Shown piece by piece: positions 16,960 through 26,249 of a stretch of DNA of 64,000 nt (position 1 is the first letter of the stretch; every line of letters begins with the position of its first letter). The stretch comes from Candidatus Peribacteria bacterium (GTDB lineage: Bacteria > Patescibacteriota > Gracilibacteria > Peribacterales > Peribacteraceae). The position numbers and the translations under genes are program-made. The stretch is from positions 8,242 through 72,241 of the forward strand of contig DMXL01000004.1 in the NCBI GenBank assembly GCA_003483925.1, read 5' to 3'. Under the pieces are notes generated by a model. It was not told where the DNA came from and ran no database searches. It saw only the letters and a list, made by a program, of their open reading frames with translations.

Positions 16960-19686
16960 GCGTGTGGCTGCGGAGTAGTACCACAGGAACACGAGGAGCA
17001 GCGGAGCGGCGATGAACGGAGTGAATGAGTGGGTGGAGAGAGCTTCGCCGATGATCGTGGAGAGGCAGACGAAGGGCAGCGCACGGTCGAGCAGGTCGCT
17101 CTTCACGCGGCGCATGGATTCGTAGTAGAGGCCGTACGGGAGCACCGAGAATACGATGACGAACAGGATGCTTCGCAACAGATCATTTGCGGGGAGTGTT
17201 TGAATGGTGGTGAAGGGGAGCAAGAGCAGCACGAACGGCATGCCGATGATGGAGAGCCAGAAGAGGAAGGCGGGGTAGCGTGCGTGGATTATCCCACGCT
17301 GATACCGGGCGCTCACTTCGGAGTAGAGGGCGAATCCGAGAGAGCTGACAGCTGCATAGAGGAGGCCTAAGGGGGAGGTGCCCTGGAGTAGGATGAGCAG
17401 GATGATGCCAAGTGTGATGATCACGAAGGAAAGGTGAAGCTGCCACCAGTGCATGGTGCGTACGGCGATATTTTTAAGAAGGGCGATGACGACGAGCCCC
17501 TCGATGATGAAGAGGATGTACTGGATGGGGGAGATGAGCTCCAGAGCGAGATAGGAACAGAATGCTGTGAGGAACAATGCGAGGGCGGAGGTGACGAGCG
17601 CGGGATGGCGGGGAGAGAGCGGCTTGAGTTTCTGGTTCGAGAACCTGCTCTGCAGTCCGTAGAGGATCGTCGTGGCGATAAACAGTGTGACGAAGCGGAT
17701 GAAAGTGAGGTCGGAAGGGGAAATGTCGGACTTCCAGAGGAGCAAGTGCGCGAAGACCGGATCGAGACCCCACAGGACGATGAGGATGAAGGAGGCGGCG
17801 ATGGATATATGCAGCGCAGTTCTCGTTACCAACGACCAATGTTCGTCCGGGAGAACGGTCTTCAGGAGCGCTCGCAATTCCTGCGATTGTTCGGCGGAGA
17901 GATCATAATCAGCGGTGATCTGGCAGTCCCCGTTCAGATGATGGAATGTAAGAGAGCGGGGAACGCCTATTCTCGTGGCTTTGCTGACGATGTCCGTCAA
18001 TGACGTCGGGAAACGTACGGAGAGATTCCAGCGCCTCTTCTCCGGCTGCGGTTTGCGGGATTTATGTTCCGGGAAGAGAGTACGCGCCGCCCTCTCTGCC
18101 TGGATCTTCCCTTCCGCGATCTGCTCATAGAGAGTTTCGAACGAGGAGATGCCGAGAGCGGAGAGGCGTTGCAGGAGGGCGGTCGTCTCCAGTTCGCCCC
18201 ATTCCACTTTCGCGTAGGTACGCACGGCGTGTTCGAGAAGGCTCTTCCCCAACATCATCTTCTGGCTTTCCGGGACTTGTGCGAGGCCTTGTCGGATGAA
18301 CGCGGAAGCAAGGCCCGTTCGCACGTTCCGGAGCCAGGGGAGCTCGACTTGCGGAAGATCCGCAAACGCAGCACTCACGCTGCAGCCATTCGACAATTCC
18401 TCGTAAAAGGGGACCTTGGTTCCGTTGATGAAAATATCTTTGGTGGTGAGACCTCTTTCCCCGAAGAGGTAGAAGATGGCATCGAGAGCCGTGGCGCTCG
18501 TGGGGAGAAGTTGCACGGTATCGTTCGGTCCGTGAATGGTGATGGATTCGCGGAGGATGTCGCTCTTGAGACTCTCCCAAAATTGTTCGCTTCGATCCTC
18601 GGAATCCTTCGAGAGGGCCGTGATGTGTTCGGTCCACGGGAGGTACGCCATGACGCCTGCAGCTTCGTTCTCGAAACACTTGGAAGCGATGCCCTTGCGG
18701 GCATACACGTGCATCTCGTGCGTGCGAATCTTGCAGCGGACACGCGTGCCGTCTTCGAGAATGATGGTCGTGTGCAGTCCTTGGTAACCGTTGATCTGCC
18801 GATGGTTGATGTAGTCCTCGAAGGAGAGAATCTCCTGCTGCCAGAGCTCGTGGAGCAAGCCCAGCACGCGATAGCATTCATCGGAGGTTTGTGTGAGGAA
18901 TACGATGGTATGTGCGGAGATGCCGGTGGCGGCGAAATCGCCGACGAGCACCTGGTTTCGCAGGCTCTCCCATGGCTTTTGTTCGAAGAGTACTTCAATG
19001 GGAAGGCTCTGCGGCGCAATCTTCGTGAGAGCATCCTTCATCTTCTGGGAGATCTTTTTCCCCTGAGGTTCGTTCTGCTTTCGCAGGGACTTGAGTTGTT
19101 GCAGGAGCTCCGGTTCGAGAACGCCTAAGCAATATTCTTCGAGCTCATCGCGCAGTTCCTGCATGCAGAGGCGATCTGCGATGGTCACGTAGACTTCACT
19201 CGTTTCTCTCGCGAGGGCTTCCTGTCTCTCGGGAGAAACGAACTCGATGGTTTGCATATTGTGGAGGCGGTCGACGAGCTTGAGGACGATAATGCGCACA
19301 TCTTTCTTCAGGAGGGTGAAGATCTTGCGGAGCGTCTCGATGCGATCGTCGAGGGTCGGATGTCCGTCGACGTCCTCGGGCATGAGCTTCGTCACGCCAT
19401 CGATGAGATCGGCGACGGTCGGGCCGAACCGCGCTCGCGCATCTTTCACGGTGAAGGGGGTGTCTTCGATGGTGTCATGGAGGAGGGCGGCGATCAGCGA
19501 GTCGGCGTCCGCCCCCATATCTGCGAGCATGTCGGCCGTTGCGAGCGGATGGGTGAAATAGGGGGCTCCTGATTTTCGAAGTTGGTTTCGGTGGAGCTCC
19601 ATGCCGAGTTCGAACGCCTGTCGCACGCGCTCCTGATCAGCGGCGGAAAGATGCCGAATATGCGTGCGGAACTCATTCCACTGCAT
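16954..19686 (-). CDS. RelA/SpoT homologue (HD hydrolase, degenerate synthetase-like, TGS, ACT-like) fused to a C-terminal 10-TM DMT/EamA-like domain
   Basis: HD blocks THPLATADML, LLHDTIEDT and DRLHNMQT. Synthetase-like block NGYQGLHTTIILEDGTRVRCKIRTHEMH. TGS-like block ITIHGPNDTVQLLPTSATALDAIFYL. Roughly ORF aa 623-910 form ten hydrophobic spans. Confidence 0.8.
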   Translation of the reverse strand: MQWNEFRTHIRHLSAADQERVRQAFELGMELHRNQLRKSGAPYFTHPLATADMLADMGADADSLIAALLHDTIEDTPFTVKDARARFGPTVADLIDGVTKLMPEDVDGHPTLDDRIETLRKIFTLLKKDVRIIVLKLVDRLHNMQTIEFVSPERQEALARETSEVYVTIADRLCMQELRDELEEYCLGVLEPELLQQLKSLRKQNEPQGKKISQKMKDALTKIAPQSLPIEVLFEQKPWESLRNQVLVGDFAATGISAHTIVFLTQTSDECYRVLGLLHELWQQEILSFEDYINHRQINGYQGLHTTIILEDGTRVRCKIRTHEMHVYARKGIASKCFENEAAGVMAYLPWTEHITALSKDSEDRSEQFWESLKSDILRESITIHGPNDTVQLLPTSATALDAIFYLFGERGLTTKDIFINGTKVPFYEELSNGCSVSAAFADLPQVELPWLRNVRTGLASAFIRQGLAQVPESQKMMLGKSLLEHAVRTYAKVEWGELETTALLQRLSALGISSFETLYEQIAEGKIQAERAARTLFPEHKSRKPQPEKRRWNLSVRFPTSLTDIVSKATRIGVPRSLTFHHLNGDCQITADYDLSAEQSQELRALLKTVLPDEHWSLVTRTALHISIAASFILIVLWGLDPVFAHLLLWKSDISPSDLTFIRFVTLFIATTILYGLQSRFSNQKLKPLSPRHPALVTSALALFLTAFCSYLALELISPIQYILFIIEGLVVIALLKNIAVRTMHWWQLHLSFVIITLGIILLILLQGTSPLGLLYAAVSSLGFALYSEVSARYQRGIIHARYPAFLFWLSIIGMPFVLLLLPFTTIQTLPANDLLRSILFVIVFSVLPYGLYYESMRRVKSDLLDRALPFVCLSTIIGEALSTHSFTPFIAAPLLLVFLWYYSAATRS

Positions 19687-19734
19687 AGCATGGAAGTGTA
19701 TATCATCTTTGACGCTTTGGATAGCGCAATTCTC

Positions 19735-20217
19735 TTATTCCTTGAGGAGAGAAAGGATGTAGGTTTGGACGTTGGAGAAGATCTCCGTCGACGGATCGAG
19801 AGCCTCGATTTCTCTTAAGGTGAACCACTTCAGTTCCCGACCTTCGGTTTCATCGAGCGAGAGACCTTGGGAGGCATCGAGGGGGCGGGCGAGGTACACG
19901 AAATCCATGTGCTGGTGTGCCGGTTCGTTCCTTTCGGCCGATGCGGGAATCTCTTCGAGGAGGAGTGCGACGGGGCTTTTCAGCATGCGGCCTTCCGCGG
20001 GATTGGACACAAACATATCCTCTTGTTCCATGCCGATGATCTCCACATCGAGTCCCGTCTCCTCCTTGCACTCGCGTTTGGCGGTCTCCTCCGGCGTCTC
20101 ATTGTCTTCGATGTGCCCGCCCGGCGGCATCCAGCGGCCCAAGCGCTTGTGCCACAGAAGCAGCGTGCGTTTGTGATCATCGACGACGAAGGCGGTGGAG
20201 GTGAAGTGGCGGGGCAT
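19735..20217 (-). CDS. NUDIX hydrolase
   Basis: The Nudix box is GGHIEDNETPEETAKRECKEETGL. I chose the start at MPRHFTS because the upstream part of the ORF is the translated repeat element. Confidence 0.8.
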   Translation of the reverse strand: MPRHFTSTAFVVDDHKRTLLLWHKRLGRWMPPGGHIEDNETPEETAKRECKEETGLDVEIIGMEQEDMFVSNPAEGRMLKSPVALLLEEIPASAERNEPAHQHMDFVYLARPLDASQGLSLDETEGRELKWFTLREIEALDPSTEIFSNVQTYILSLLKE

Positions 20218-20298
20218 GGAGGGAAGGATAGACAAGCGAATGAGGCAAAGAAAGGAAGGATGAGCGTCTACGATTCTCGTTCTTGAGAGTCGTCCGTT

Positions 20299-20417
20299 TT
20301 CCCTCTCCCGACGGGAGAGGGTTAGGGAGAGGGGGTCCACTAGTATCTTTGGATGAGATGCACTCAATACTTTCAATTGACCCCCTCCCCTCCATCCCCT
20401 CCCGTCGGGAGGGGAGG
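20299..20417. repeat. Paired GC-rich palindromic modules (second locus of the 9868-9979 family)
   Basis: A 40-mer at 20299-20338 is identical to 9940-9979. The partner module GACCCCCTCCCCTCCATCCCCTCCCGTCGGGAGGGGAGG is at 20379-20417. Module order is swapped relative to the first locus. Confidence 0.85.
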
Positions 20418-20448
20418 TGTGTATGCTCTTTGAGAAACCGTAGTTCCT

Positions 20449-23343
20449 TCACTTCTTCTCCAGCATCTTCTTCAAGTACTGTCCCGTGAAGCTCTCTTCC
20501 GCCCGTGCGATATCCTCGGGCGTTCCCTGCGCGATGATGCGTCCGCCGAGATCGCCGCCCTCCGGACCCAAATCGAGGACGTGGTCCACGCACTTGATGA
20601 CGTCGAGGTTGTGCTCGATGACGAGCACCGTGTTGCCCTTGTCCACGAGCCGCTGGAGCACGGTGAGAAGTTTCTGGATGTCATCGAAGTGCAGGCCGGT
20701 CGTAGGTTCGTCCAAGATGTAGAACGTCTTGCCCGTGGCGCGCCGCATGAGCTCCGTGGCGAGCTTGACGCGCTGCGCCTCGCCGCCGGAGAGGGTGGTG
20801 GCGCTCTGTCCGAGGTGGATGTAGCCGAGTCCCACGTCCTCGAGCATCTGCAGTTTCTTCTTGAGTGCGGGAATGGCGGAGAAGAAATCGATCGCCTCGC
20901 GGATGGTCATGTCGAGCGCATCGGCGACAGAATGTCCCTTGTAGGTGATCTCGAGCGTCTCGTGATTGTAGCGCTGGCCGTGACAGGTCTCGCAGGTGAC
21001 GAAGACGTCCGGAAGGAAGTGCATCTCGATGCGCTTGAGGCCGTCCCCCTCGCAGTCTTCGCAGCGGCCGCCTTTCACGTTGAAGCTGAAGCGTCCGGTC
21101 TTGTATCCGCGCAGTTTCGCTTCGGGCGTGGAGGCGAAGAGATCGCGAATGTCCGTGAAGATGCCCGTATAGGTTGCGGGGTTGGAGCGCGGCGTGCGTC
21201 CGATGGGGGACTGATCGATCATGATCGCCTTGTCGAGGTGTTCCATTCCCTCGATCGCCTTCACGTTCTGCCCGCGTGCATGCGCCTTGTTGAGGGTGTG
21301 CAGGAGCTCGGGACCGAGGATGCCGTGGATGAGACTCGATTTGCCCGACCCGGATACCCCCGTGATGCCGATGAACGTTCCGAGCGGGAAGGACACATCG
21401 AGATGTTGCAGGTTGTGGAGGTGCGCGTCGCGAATCGTGATGGTTTTGCCACCGCCTTTACGACGTTTGCCGGGGATAGGGATCGTTTTCGTTCCTTTGA
21501 GGTACTGACCCGTGATGGATTTTGCGTTATTGATGAGATCCTCCGGTGTGCCCTGACCGATGATCTCGCCGCCGTACTTGCCGGCGCCCGGACCGATCTC
21601 GAGGAGGAAGTCGGCGGATCGAATCGTTTCCTCATCGTGCTCCACGACGATGACGGTGTTGCCGAGATCGCGGAGTTTCGTGAGCGTGCCGATGAGCCGC
21701 GCGTTGTCACGTTGATGCAGCCCGATGGACGGCTCGTCCAGGACGTAGAGGACGCCCTGCAGGGCGGAACCGATCTGCGTGGCGAGGCGGATGCGTTGGG
21801 CCTCGCCGCCGGAGAGTGTGGCGGCGGAACGCGAGAGCGTGAGGTAGTTCAAGCCCACGTTCTCCAGGAAGCTCAAGCGCGCGATGATCTCACGCAGTAC
21901 CTTCTTTACGACGGCGAACTCATAGTCGGAGAGCACGGAGTCGGAAGGGCCGGCTTTCGCCGTCTCCTTCGTGGGAATCAGCCCTTCGAAGAACTGTTTC
22001 GCCGCGGTGACGGAGAGATCGGTGGATGCCACGATGTTCTTCCCTCCGACGGTCACGCCCAACACGGAGCGCTTGAGGCGCATGCCATTGCAGGAGTTGC
22101 ACGGCAGTTCCTCCATATACTCTTCGATTTGCGTGCGAACGTAGCTCGAGTCCGTCTCGTTGTGGCGGCGCTCGAGGTTGGGGATGACGCCCTCATAGGT
22201 TGTATCGTACGTGCCATTGAACGCTTCGCCCTGCATGGTGACGGTGAGCGGGTGGTCGTAGCCTCTCAGAACGATTTCTTTTGCCGCATCAGGGAGCTTC
22301 TCCCACGGGATGTTCATGCTGAAGCCCGCTTCGCGCGCCACGGATTCGAGGATCCGCATCATGAAGCCCATGCGCGTCGCGGAGGTCGCCCACGGATGGA
22401 TGGCGCCTTCCGCGAGCGACAAGCTTGGATTGGGAATGATCGTTTGCTCATTGATGCGGAGGATGGAACCCAAGCCGTGGCACTCCTCACAGGCTCCGTG
22501 GGGGGAATTGAAGGAGAAGCTCCGCGGTTCGATGGAGGCGATGTCCTCTTCGGGATGGTCGGGGCAGACGAACTCTTCGGAGAATCTTCGCTCTTCGCCG
22601 CTGTCCGCATCGAGCAGGATCATGGACCCCTCTCCCTTTTTGAGAGTGAGCTCGATGGAATCGGCGAGGCGGGTGCGGTTCGGATTCACCGTGCCCTCCT
22701 TGGTCGCCATGTCCTTGAGCACCATGCGGTCGACGATGATCTCGATGGTGTGGGATTTCTTCGGATCGAGCTCCATCTCCTCGTCCACGGTGACGATCTG
22801 TCCGTCGATGCGCATGCGCACGAAGCCTTCGCGGCGGATGGCGTCGATGATCTTCACGTGCGATCCTTTGCGCCCGATGATGATGGGGGCGAGCAGGAAG
22901 ATTTTCTTCCCTTCGGGAAGCGAAGCGATGACGGAGACGATCTGGCTTGCGGACTGCTTGCGAAGCTCCTTGCCGCACTGCGTGCAGTGCACCTTGCCAA
23001 CCTTCGCCCACAGCAGGCGCATGTAGTCGTAGATTTCGGTGATCGTCCCGACGGTGGAGCGCGGATTCCTCGGCGCGGTCTTCTGGTCGATGGAGATCGC
23101 GGGGCTCAGGCCTTCGATGGATTCCACTTCCGGCTTCTCCATCTGCGCGATGAACTGGCGGGCGTACGCGGAGAGGCTCTCCACGTACCGGCGCTGCCCC
23201 TCGGCGAAGATCGTGTCGAACGCGAGCGAAGATTTCCCGGATCCGGAGAGACCCGTGATGACTGTCAGCTTGTTTCTGGGGATGGTCACATCCACGTTCT
23301 TGAGGTTGTGCACCTTCGCGCCTTTGATGATGATGGAATCCAT
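20449..23343 (-). CDS. uvrA: Excinuclease ABC subunit A
   Basis: Two ABC modules ([32 protein letters not shown] twice). Zinc-finger Cys clusters are present. Length is about 964 aa. Confidence 0.95.
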   Translation of the reverse strand: MDSIIIKGAKVHNLKNVDVTIPRNKLTVITGLSGSGKSSLAFDTIFAEGQRRYVESLSAYARQFIAQMEKPEVESIEGLSPAISIDQKTAPRNPRSTVGTITEIYDYMRLLWAKVGKVHCTQCGKELRKQSASQIVSVIASLPEGKKIFLLAPIIIGRKGSHVKIIDAIRREGFVRMRIDGQIVTVDEEMELDPKKSHTIEIIVDRMVLKDMATKEGTVNPNRTRLADSIELTLKKGEGSMILLDADSGEERRFSEEFVCPDHPEEDIASIEPRSFSFNSPHGACEECHGLGSILRINEQTIIPNPSLSLAEGAIHPWATSATRMGFMMRILESVAREAGFSMNIPWEKLPDAAKEIVLRGYDHPLTVTMQGEAFNGTYDTTYEGVIPNLERRHNETDSSYVRTQIEEYMEELPCNSCNGMRLKRSVLGVTVGGKNIVASTDLSVTAAKQFFEGLIPTKETAKAGPSDSVLSDYEFAVVKKVLREIIARLSFLENVGLNYLTLSRSAATLSGGEAQRIRLATQIGSALQGVLYVLDEPSIGLHQRDNARLIGTLTKLRDLGNTVIVVEHDEETIRSADFLLEIGPGAGKYGGEIIGQGTPEDLINNAKSITGQYLKGTKTIPIPGKRRKGGGKTITIRDAHLHNLQHLDVSFPLGTFIGITGVSGSGKSSLIHGILGPELLHTLNKAHARGQNVKAIEGMEHLDKAIMIDQSPIGRTPRSNPATYTGIFTDIRDLFASTPEAKLRGYKTGRFSFNVKGGRCEDCEGDGLKRIEMHFLPDVFVTCETCHGQRYNHETLEITYKGHSVADALDMTIREAIDFFSAIPALKKKLQMLEDVGLGYIHLGQSATTLSGGEAQRVKLATELMRRATGKTFYILDEPTTGLHFDDIQKLLTVLQRLVDKGNTVLVIEHNLDVIKCVDHVLDLGPEGGDLGGRIIAQGTPEDIARAEESFTGQYLKKMLEKK

Positions 23344-23484
23344 GGGGAGGAGAGAGCACACAGTGACCCTTCGACGGGCTTAGGGTTGTTTTGCGTTTCG
23401 CGCAAAACAGAAAAACGCCCGCGGCGCGGGCTCCGAAGAGCCTTCAGCCTACCAGAAATTTCCCTCCGTGTCCAGGGTCTTCAG

Positions 23485-23558
23485 GGAAGGAAACCAAAGA
23501 GTCCAAAGAAACCAATGACGAATCTTCTCGGACTCCTTTGTTTCTTTGGTTTCCTTGG
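23485..23558. repeat. Long imperfect hairpin with tandem-repeat arms in the uvrA/ribE divergent spacer
   Basis: AAGGAAACCAAAGAGTCCAAAGAAACC pairs in several registers with GGACTCCTTTGTTTCTTTGGTTTCCTT. Confidence 0.6.
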
Positions 23559-23612
23559 AATCTTTTGCCTTTCATTGCCCATTCCTCTCTCTCATGAGTA
23601 CCATGATGCTCC

Positions 23613-24188
23613 GTGTTCACCGGCATCATCGAAGCAACGGCTGCAGTCAGAGCTTGCGACAACGGGAAACTCTCCGTTGAGCGACCGCGAATCTTTGATG
23701 ATGTGCAGGTGGGATCGAGCATCTGCGTCTCCGGCGTTTGTCTGACAGTGAAGGCGAGTGATGCGCAGTCCCTCACGTTCGATACGGTCCCCGAAACGCT
23801 GGCCAAAACCACACTCGGTGCGCTGAACCCCGGCGACAGGGTGAATCTCGAACGGGCACTCTCTGCATCCGGCCGCTTCGAGGGGCACATCGTGCAGGGG
23901 CACGCAGAGGGGGCGGGGGAAGTGACGGAGATACAACCGTGCGAAGATGAGAGCAGGGAACTCGTGATCCGGTTGCCTCAGAGTCTGGCGCGTCGCGCCG
24001 TCTCGAAGGGGTCCATCGCCGTCGACGGCGTGTCCCTCACGATCGCAGAGGTGGACGGATGCGATGTGCGCATCGCTCTCATTCCTCATACGCTCGAGTC
24101 GACGACGTTGGGTTCATTGAATGTCAGCGACCATGTGAACATCGAAACGGATATCCTCGGTCGGTACATCGAAAAACTTCTCCCCTAA
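23613..24188 (+). CDS. ribE: Riboflavin synthase alpha chain
   Basis: MFTGIIEATAAV plus duplicated lumazine-binding halves (GSSICVSGVCLTV / GSIAVDGVSLTI). The start codon is GTG. Confidence 0.9.
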   Translation: MFTGIIEATAAVRACDNGKLSVERPRIFDDVQVGSSICVSGVCLTVKASDAQSLTFDTVPETLAKTTLGALNPGDRVNLERALSASGRFEGHIVQGHAEGAGEVTEIQPCEDESRELVIRLPQSLARRAVSKGSIAVDGVSLTIAEVDGCDVRIALIPHTLESTTLGSLNVSDHVNIETDILGRYIEKLLP

Positions 24189-24210
24189 CCCTAACCCTAA
24201 CCCTAACCCT
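24183..24210. repeat. (CCCTAA)4.7 tandem hexamer
   Basis: CCCTAACCCTAACCCTAACCCTAACCCT. The first TAA is the ribE stop codon. Confidence 0.95.
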
Positions 24211-24221
24211 TCTCCGCTCTC

Positions 24222-24707
24222 ATGAAACACGCTCTTCCATCCACGCCTCCTTTTACCATCAACCCCGGCTGGCGCATCGCGATCGTGCACTCGTCTTACT
24301 ATCCGGAGGAAGTCTCGCAACTGGTGGAAGCGGCCAGGAGGACACTCGAAGATGCGGGGATCCCTCGCGCGAACATCTCTGTGCATCCGGTGGCCGGCTC
24401 CTTCGAGATTCCCCTCATCGGAGCGGCGCTTCTCGAGGCGAAGGGGGCGGATGCCCTCATCGGTCTCGGAGTGATCGTCGAGGGGGAGACGCACCATGCC
24501 GACCTCATTGCGCGCGCAGTTGCGCGCGGGATCATGGACGTGCAAATCCGCTACCGTAAGCCATTTTCCTTCGAGGTGCTCTACGTCGATTCCATCGACC
24601 AGGCGAGGGCGCGCAGCGGCACCGATGGGAACAGGGGAGCGGAGGCCGCACGCGGTGTTCTACATTCCCTTGCGCAATTGCACGCCCTTTGTCTTGACGG
24701 CTTGTGA
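24222..24707 (+). CDS. ribH: 6,7-dimethyl-8-ribityllumazine synthase
   Basis: RIAIVHSSYYPEEV, VAGSFEIPL and LIGLGVIVEGETHHADLIA are lumazine synthase blocks. Confidence 0.85.
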   Translation: MKHALPSTPPFTINPGWRIAIVHSSYYPEEVSQLVEAARRTLEDAGIPRANISVHPVAGSFEIPLIGAALLEAKGADALIGLGVIVEGETHHADLIARAVARGIMDVQIRYRKPFSFEVLYVDSIDQARARSGTDGNRGAEAARGVLHSLAQLHALCLDGL

Positions 24708-24758
24708 AGAAAGCGGAGGAACGAGTATGATGACGGACAACTCCTTCACCTCAAGGCC

Positions 24759-26138
24759 ATGCGCAAAATCGGAACTCTCCTCCTGACACTGCTCTTCCTG
24801 CCGAGCGGTGTTGCATTTGCACAACTCGATGCGCCCATCTTCCCCGATGTTCCGGTAGGGCACATCTATCGCGAAGCGATCGAGGCACTCGTGGGTGCGC
24901 GCGTGATCGACGGGAACCCCGATGGGAACTTCTACCCGGAGCGTGCGGTGAATCGCGCCGAGATGATCAAGATGCTCTACAGGGCCAAAGGACGCGTTCC
25001 CGATCCGGCGAACAAAGACTGCTTCAAGGATGTGGAGCGTCAGAGCTGGTACGAGACGTTCATCTGTGATGCGGCTGCGAATCATTTCGTGGACGGATAC
25101 GGCGATGCCACATTCCGTCCGGCCAATCTCGTGAATCGTGTGGAGGCGATCAAGATGATCACCACCGTGTTCGGGATATCGGTCGATGACTACACGGAAG
25201 CAGATCGTTCTCTCGTGAAGTTCGTCGATGTCTCGACGTCCGCGTGGTACACGAAGTACCTCTCCACCGCTTTCAAGAAGGGGATTCTGCCGATCGCGGG
25301 ACAGGTTAGCGGGCACTTCAGTCCGGATTGGCCGCTCCTGCGCGGGGAGGCGGCTGCTTACATCTTCAATGCGTTGAATGTGCAGTTTACAGAGGAGCGC
25401 ACGCCGTCTTCATCAAGTGCCGCTTCGTCTCAGGTTTCGCAGTCCGAAGCTGAGACTTCCTCTTCCGCAGAGCAGACGAGCTCGGCGGCAGCCTCTTCCG
25501 CGGTCGCAGCTTCCTATGAGGCGGATTTCCCATTTTCGATGAACGGAAAGTTCTCGGGCAAGAAGTCCTCCTCCTATACCTTCAGCCTTGCGAAGAACAC
25601 GGTGATGCTCATTGAGGCGGGCTTGCAGTCCGGACAGGCGGGCACAGTGAGCTGTCGGCTCTACCTGTTGGGTGACGAAGGATTCTCAGATCAATACTTC
25701 CTCGGATTCCAGGAGGGGAGTCAGTGTTTCCTGAAGGTCGCCATCGGACCGGGCGATTACCAGCTCCAGCTCCAGCCGACGGTTGCGGATGTGACGTACA
25801 CGGTGGCTGCAGCTGATGCGACCGGCGATGGCAACGACGGATTCATCCAGTCGGTGAAGATCAAGCGCGGCGATACGCGTACGGAGATGCTCAGCGAAGG
25901 CGATTTCCAGGATTTCTACTCCTTCACCGTCGACACACCGAGGAGCATGACAGTCGTCCTCTCGAACGCGGGACAGCTCTCCTGCCTCGTGTACGCGATG
26001 GGGAATGTGGATCTCTTCGGCTTCACCGGCCCGACGTGCAATCAGTCCTACACCTACCCGACGGGTACCTACACCGTCTCTGTCGCGCGCAAGGCCTCGA
26101 GAACGGCCAAGCAGACGTACACGATTCAGGTGAAGTAA
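24759..26138 (+). CDS. SLH-domain surface protein with Ser-rich linker and PPC-like C-terminal domain
   Basis: A signal peptide is followed by three SLH-like repeats (FPDVPVGHIYREAIEALV..., FKDVERQSWYETFICDAA..., FVDVSTSAWYTKYLSTAF...). GDFQDFYSFTV resembles pre-peptidase C-terminal domains. Confidence 0.75.
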   Translation: MRKIGTLLLTLLFLPSGVAFAQLDAPIFPDVPVGHIYREAIEALVGARVIDGNPDGNFYPERAVNRAEMIKMLYRAKGRVPDPANKDCFKDVERQSWYETFICDAAANHFVDGYGDATFRPANLVNRVEAIKMITTVFGISVDDYTEADRSLVKFVDVSTSAWYTKYLSTAFKKGILPIAGQVSGHFSPDWPLLRGEAAAYIFNALNVQFTEERTPSSSSAASSQVSQSEAETSSSAEQTSSAAASSAVAASYEADFPFSMNGKFSGKKSSSYTFSLAKNTVMLIEAGLQSGQAGTVSCRLYLLGDEGFSDQYFLGFQEGSQCFLKVAIGPGDYQLQLQPTVADVTYTVAAADATGDGNDGFIQSVKIKRGDTRTEMLSEGDFQDFYSFTVDTPRSMTVVLSNAGQLSCLVYAMGNVDLFGFTGPTCNQSYTYPTGTYTVSVARKASRTAKQTYTIQVK

Positions 26139-26142
26139 GGAC

Positions 26143-26249
26143 GAGGGTTAGGAATTAAGATGAGGATGAGGGTTGAAGAAATAGAGCCACTGATTCGGTG
26201 CATGTGGAGCGTCGACCCCTAACCCTATCCCTTATTCCTAACCCTAAAG
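26143..26249. terminator. Long imperfect hairpin between convergent genes
   Basis: The left arm GAGGGTTAGGAATTAAGATGAGGATGAGGGTTG pairs with the right arm CCCCTAACCCTATCCCTTATTCCTAACCCTAAAG. The right arm overlaps the last codons of the minus-strand gene. Confidence 0.5.

Noticed and set aside
23362-23612. An FMN riboswitch would be expected upstream of ribE, and also upstream of ribBA at 27761-28017.
   Set aside because: Neither leader contains the conserved RFN core segments as I remember them. Both are occupied by repeat or hairpin elements instead. An Rfam scan would be decisive.
24183-24210. The (CCCTAA)n tract as a sign of eukaryotic telomere contamination or a linear-replicon end.
   Set aside because: There are only 4.7 units, embedded between two intact co-oriented bacterial riboflavin genes. 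The first repeat supplies the ribE stop codon.
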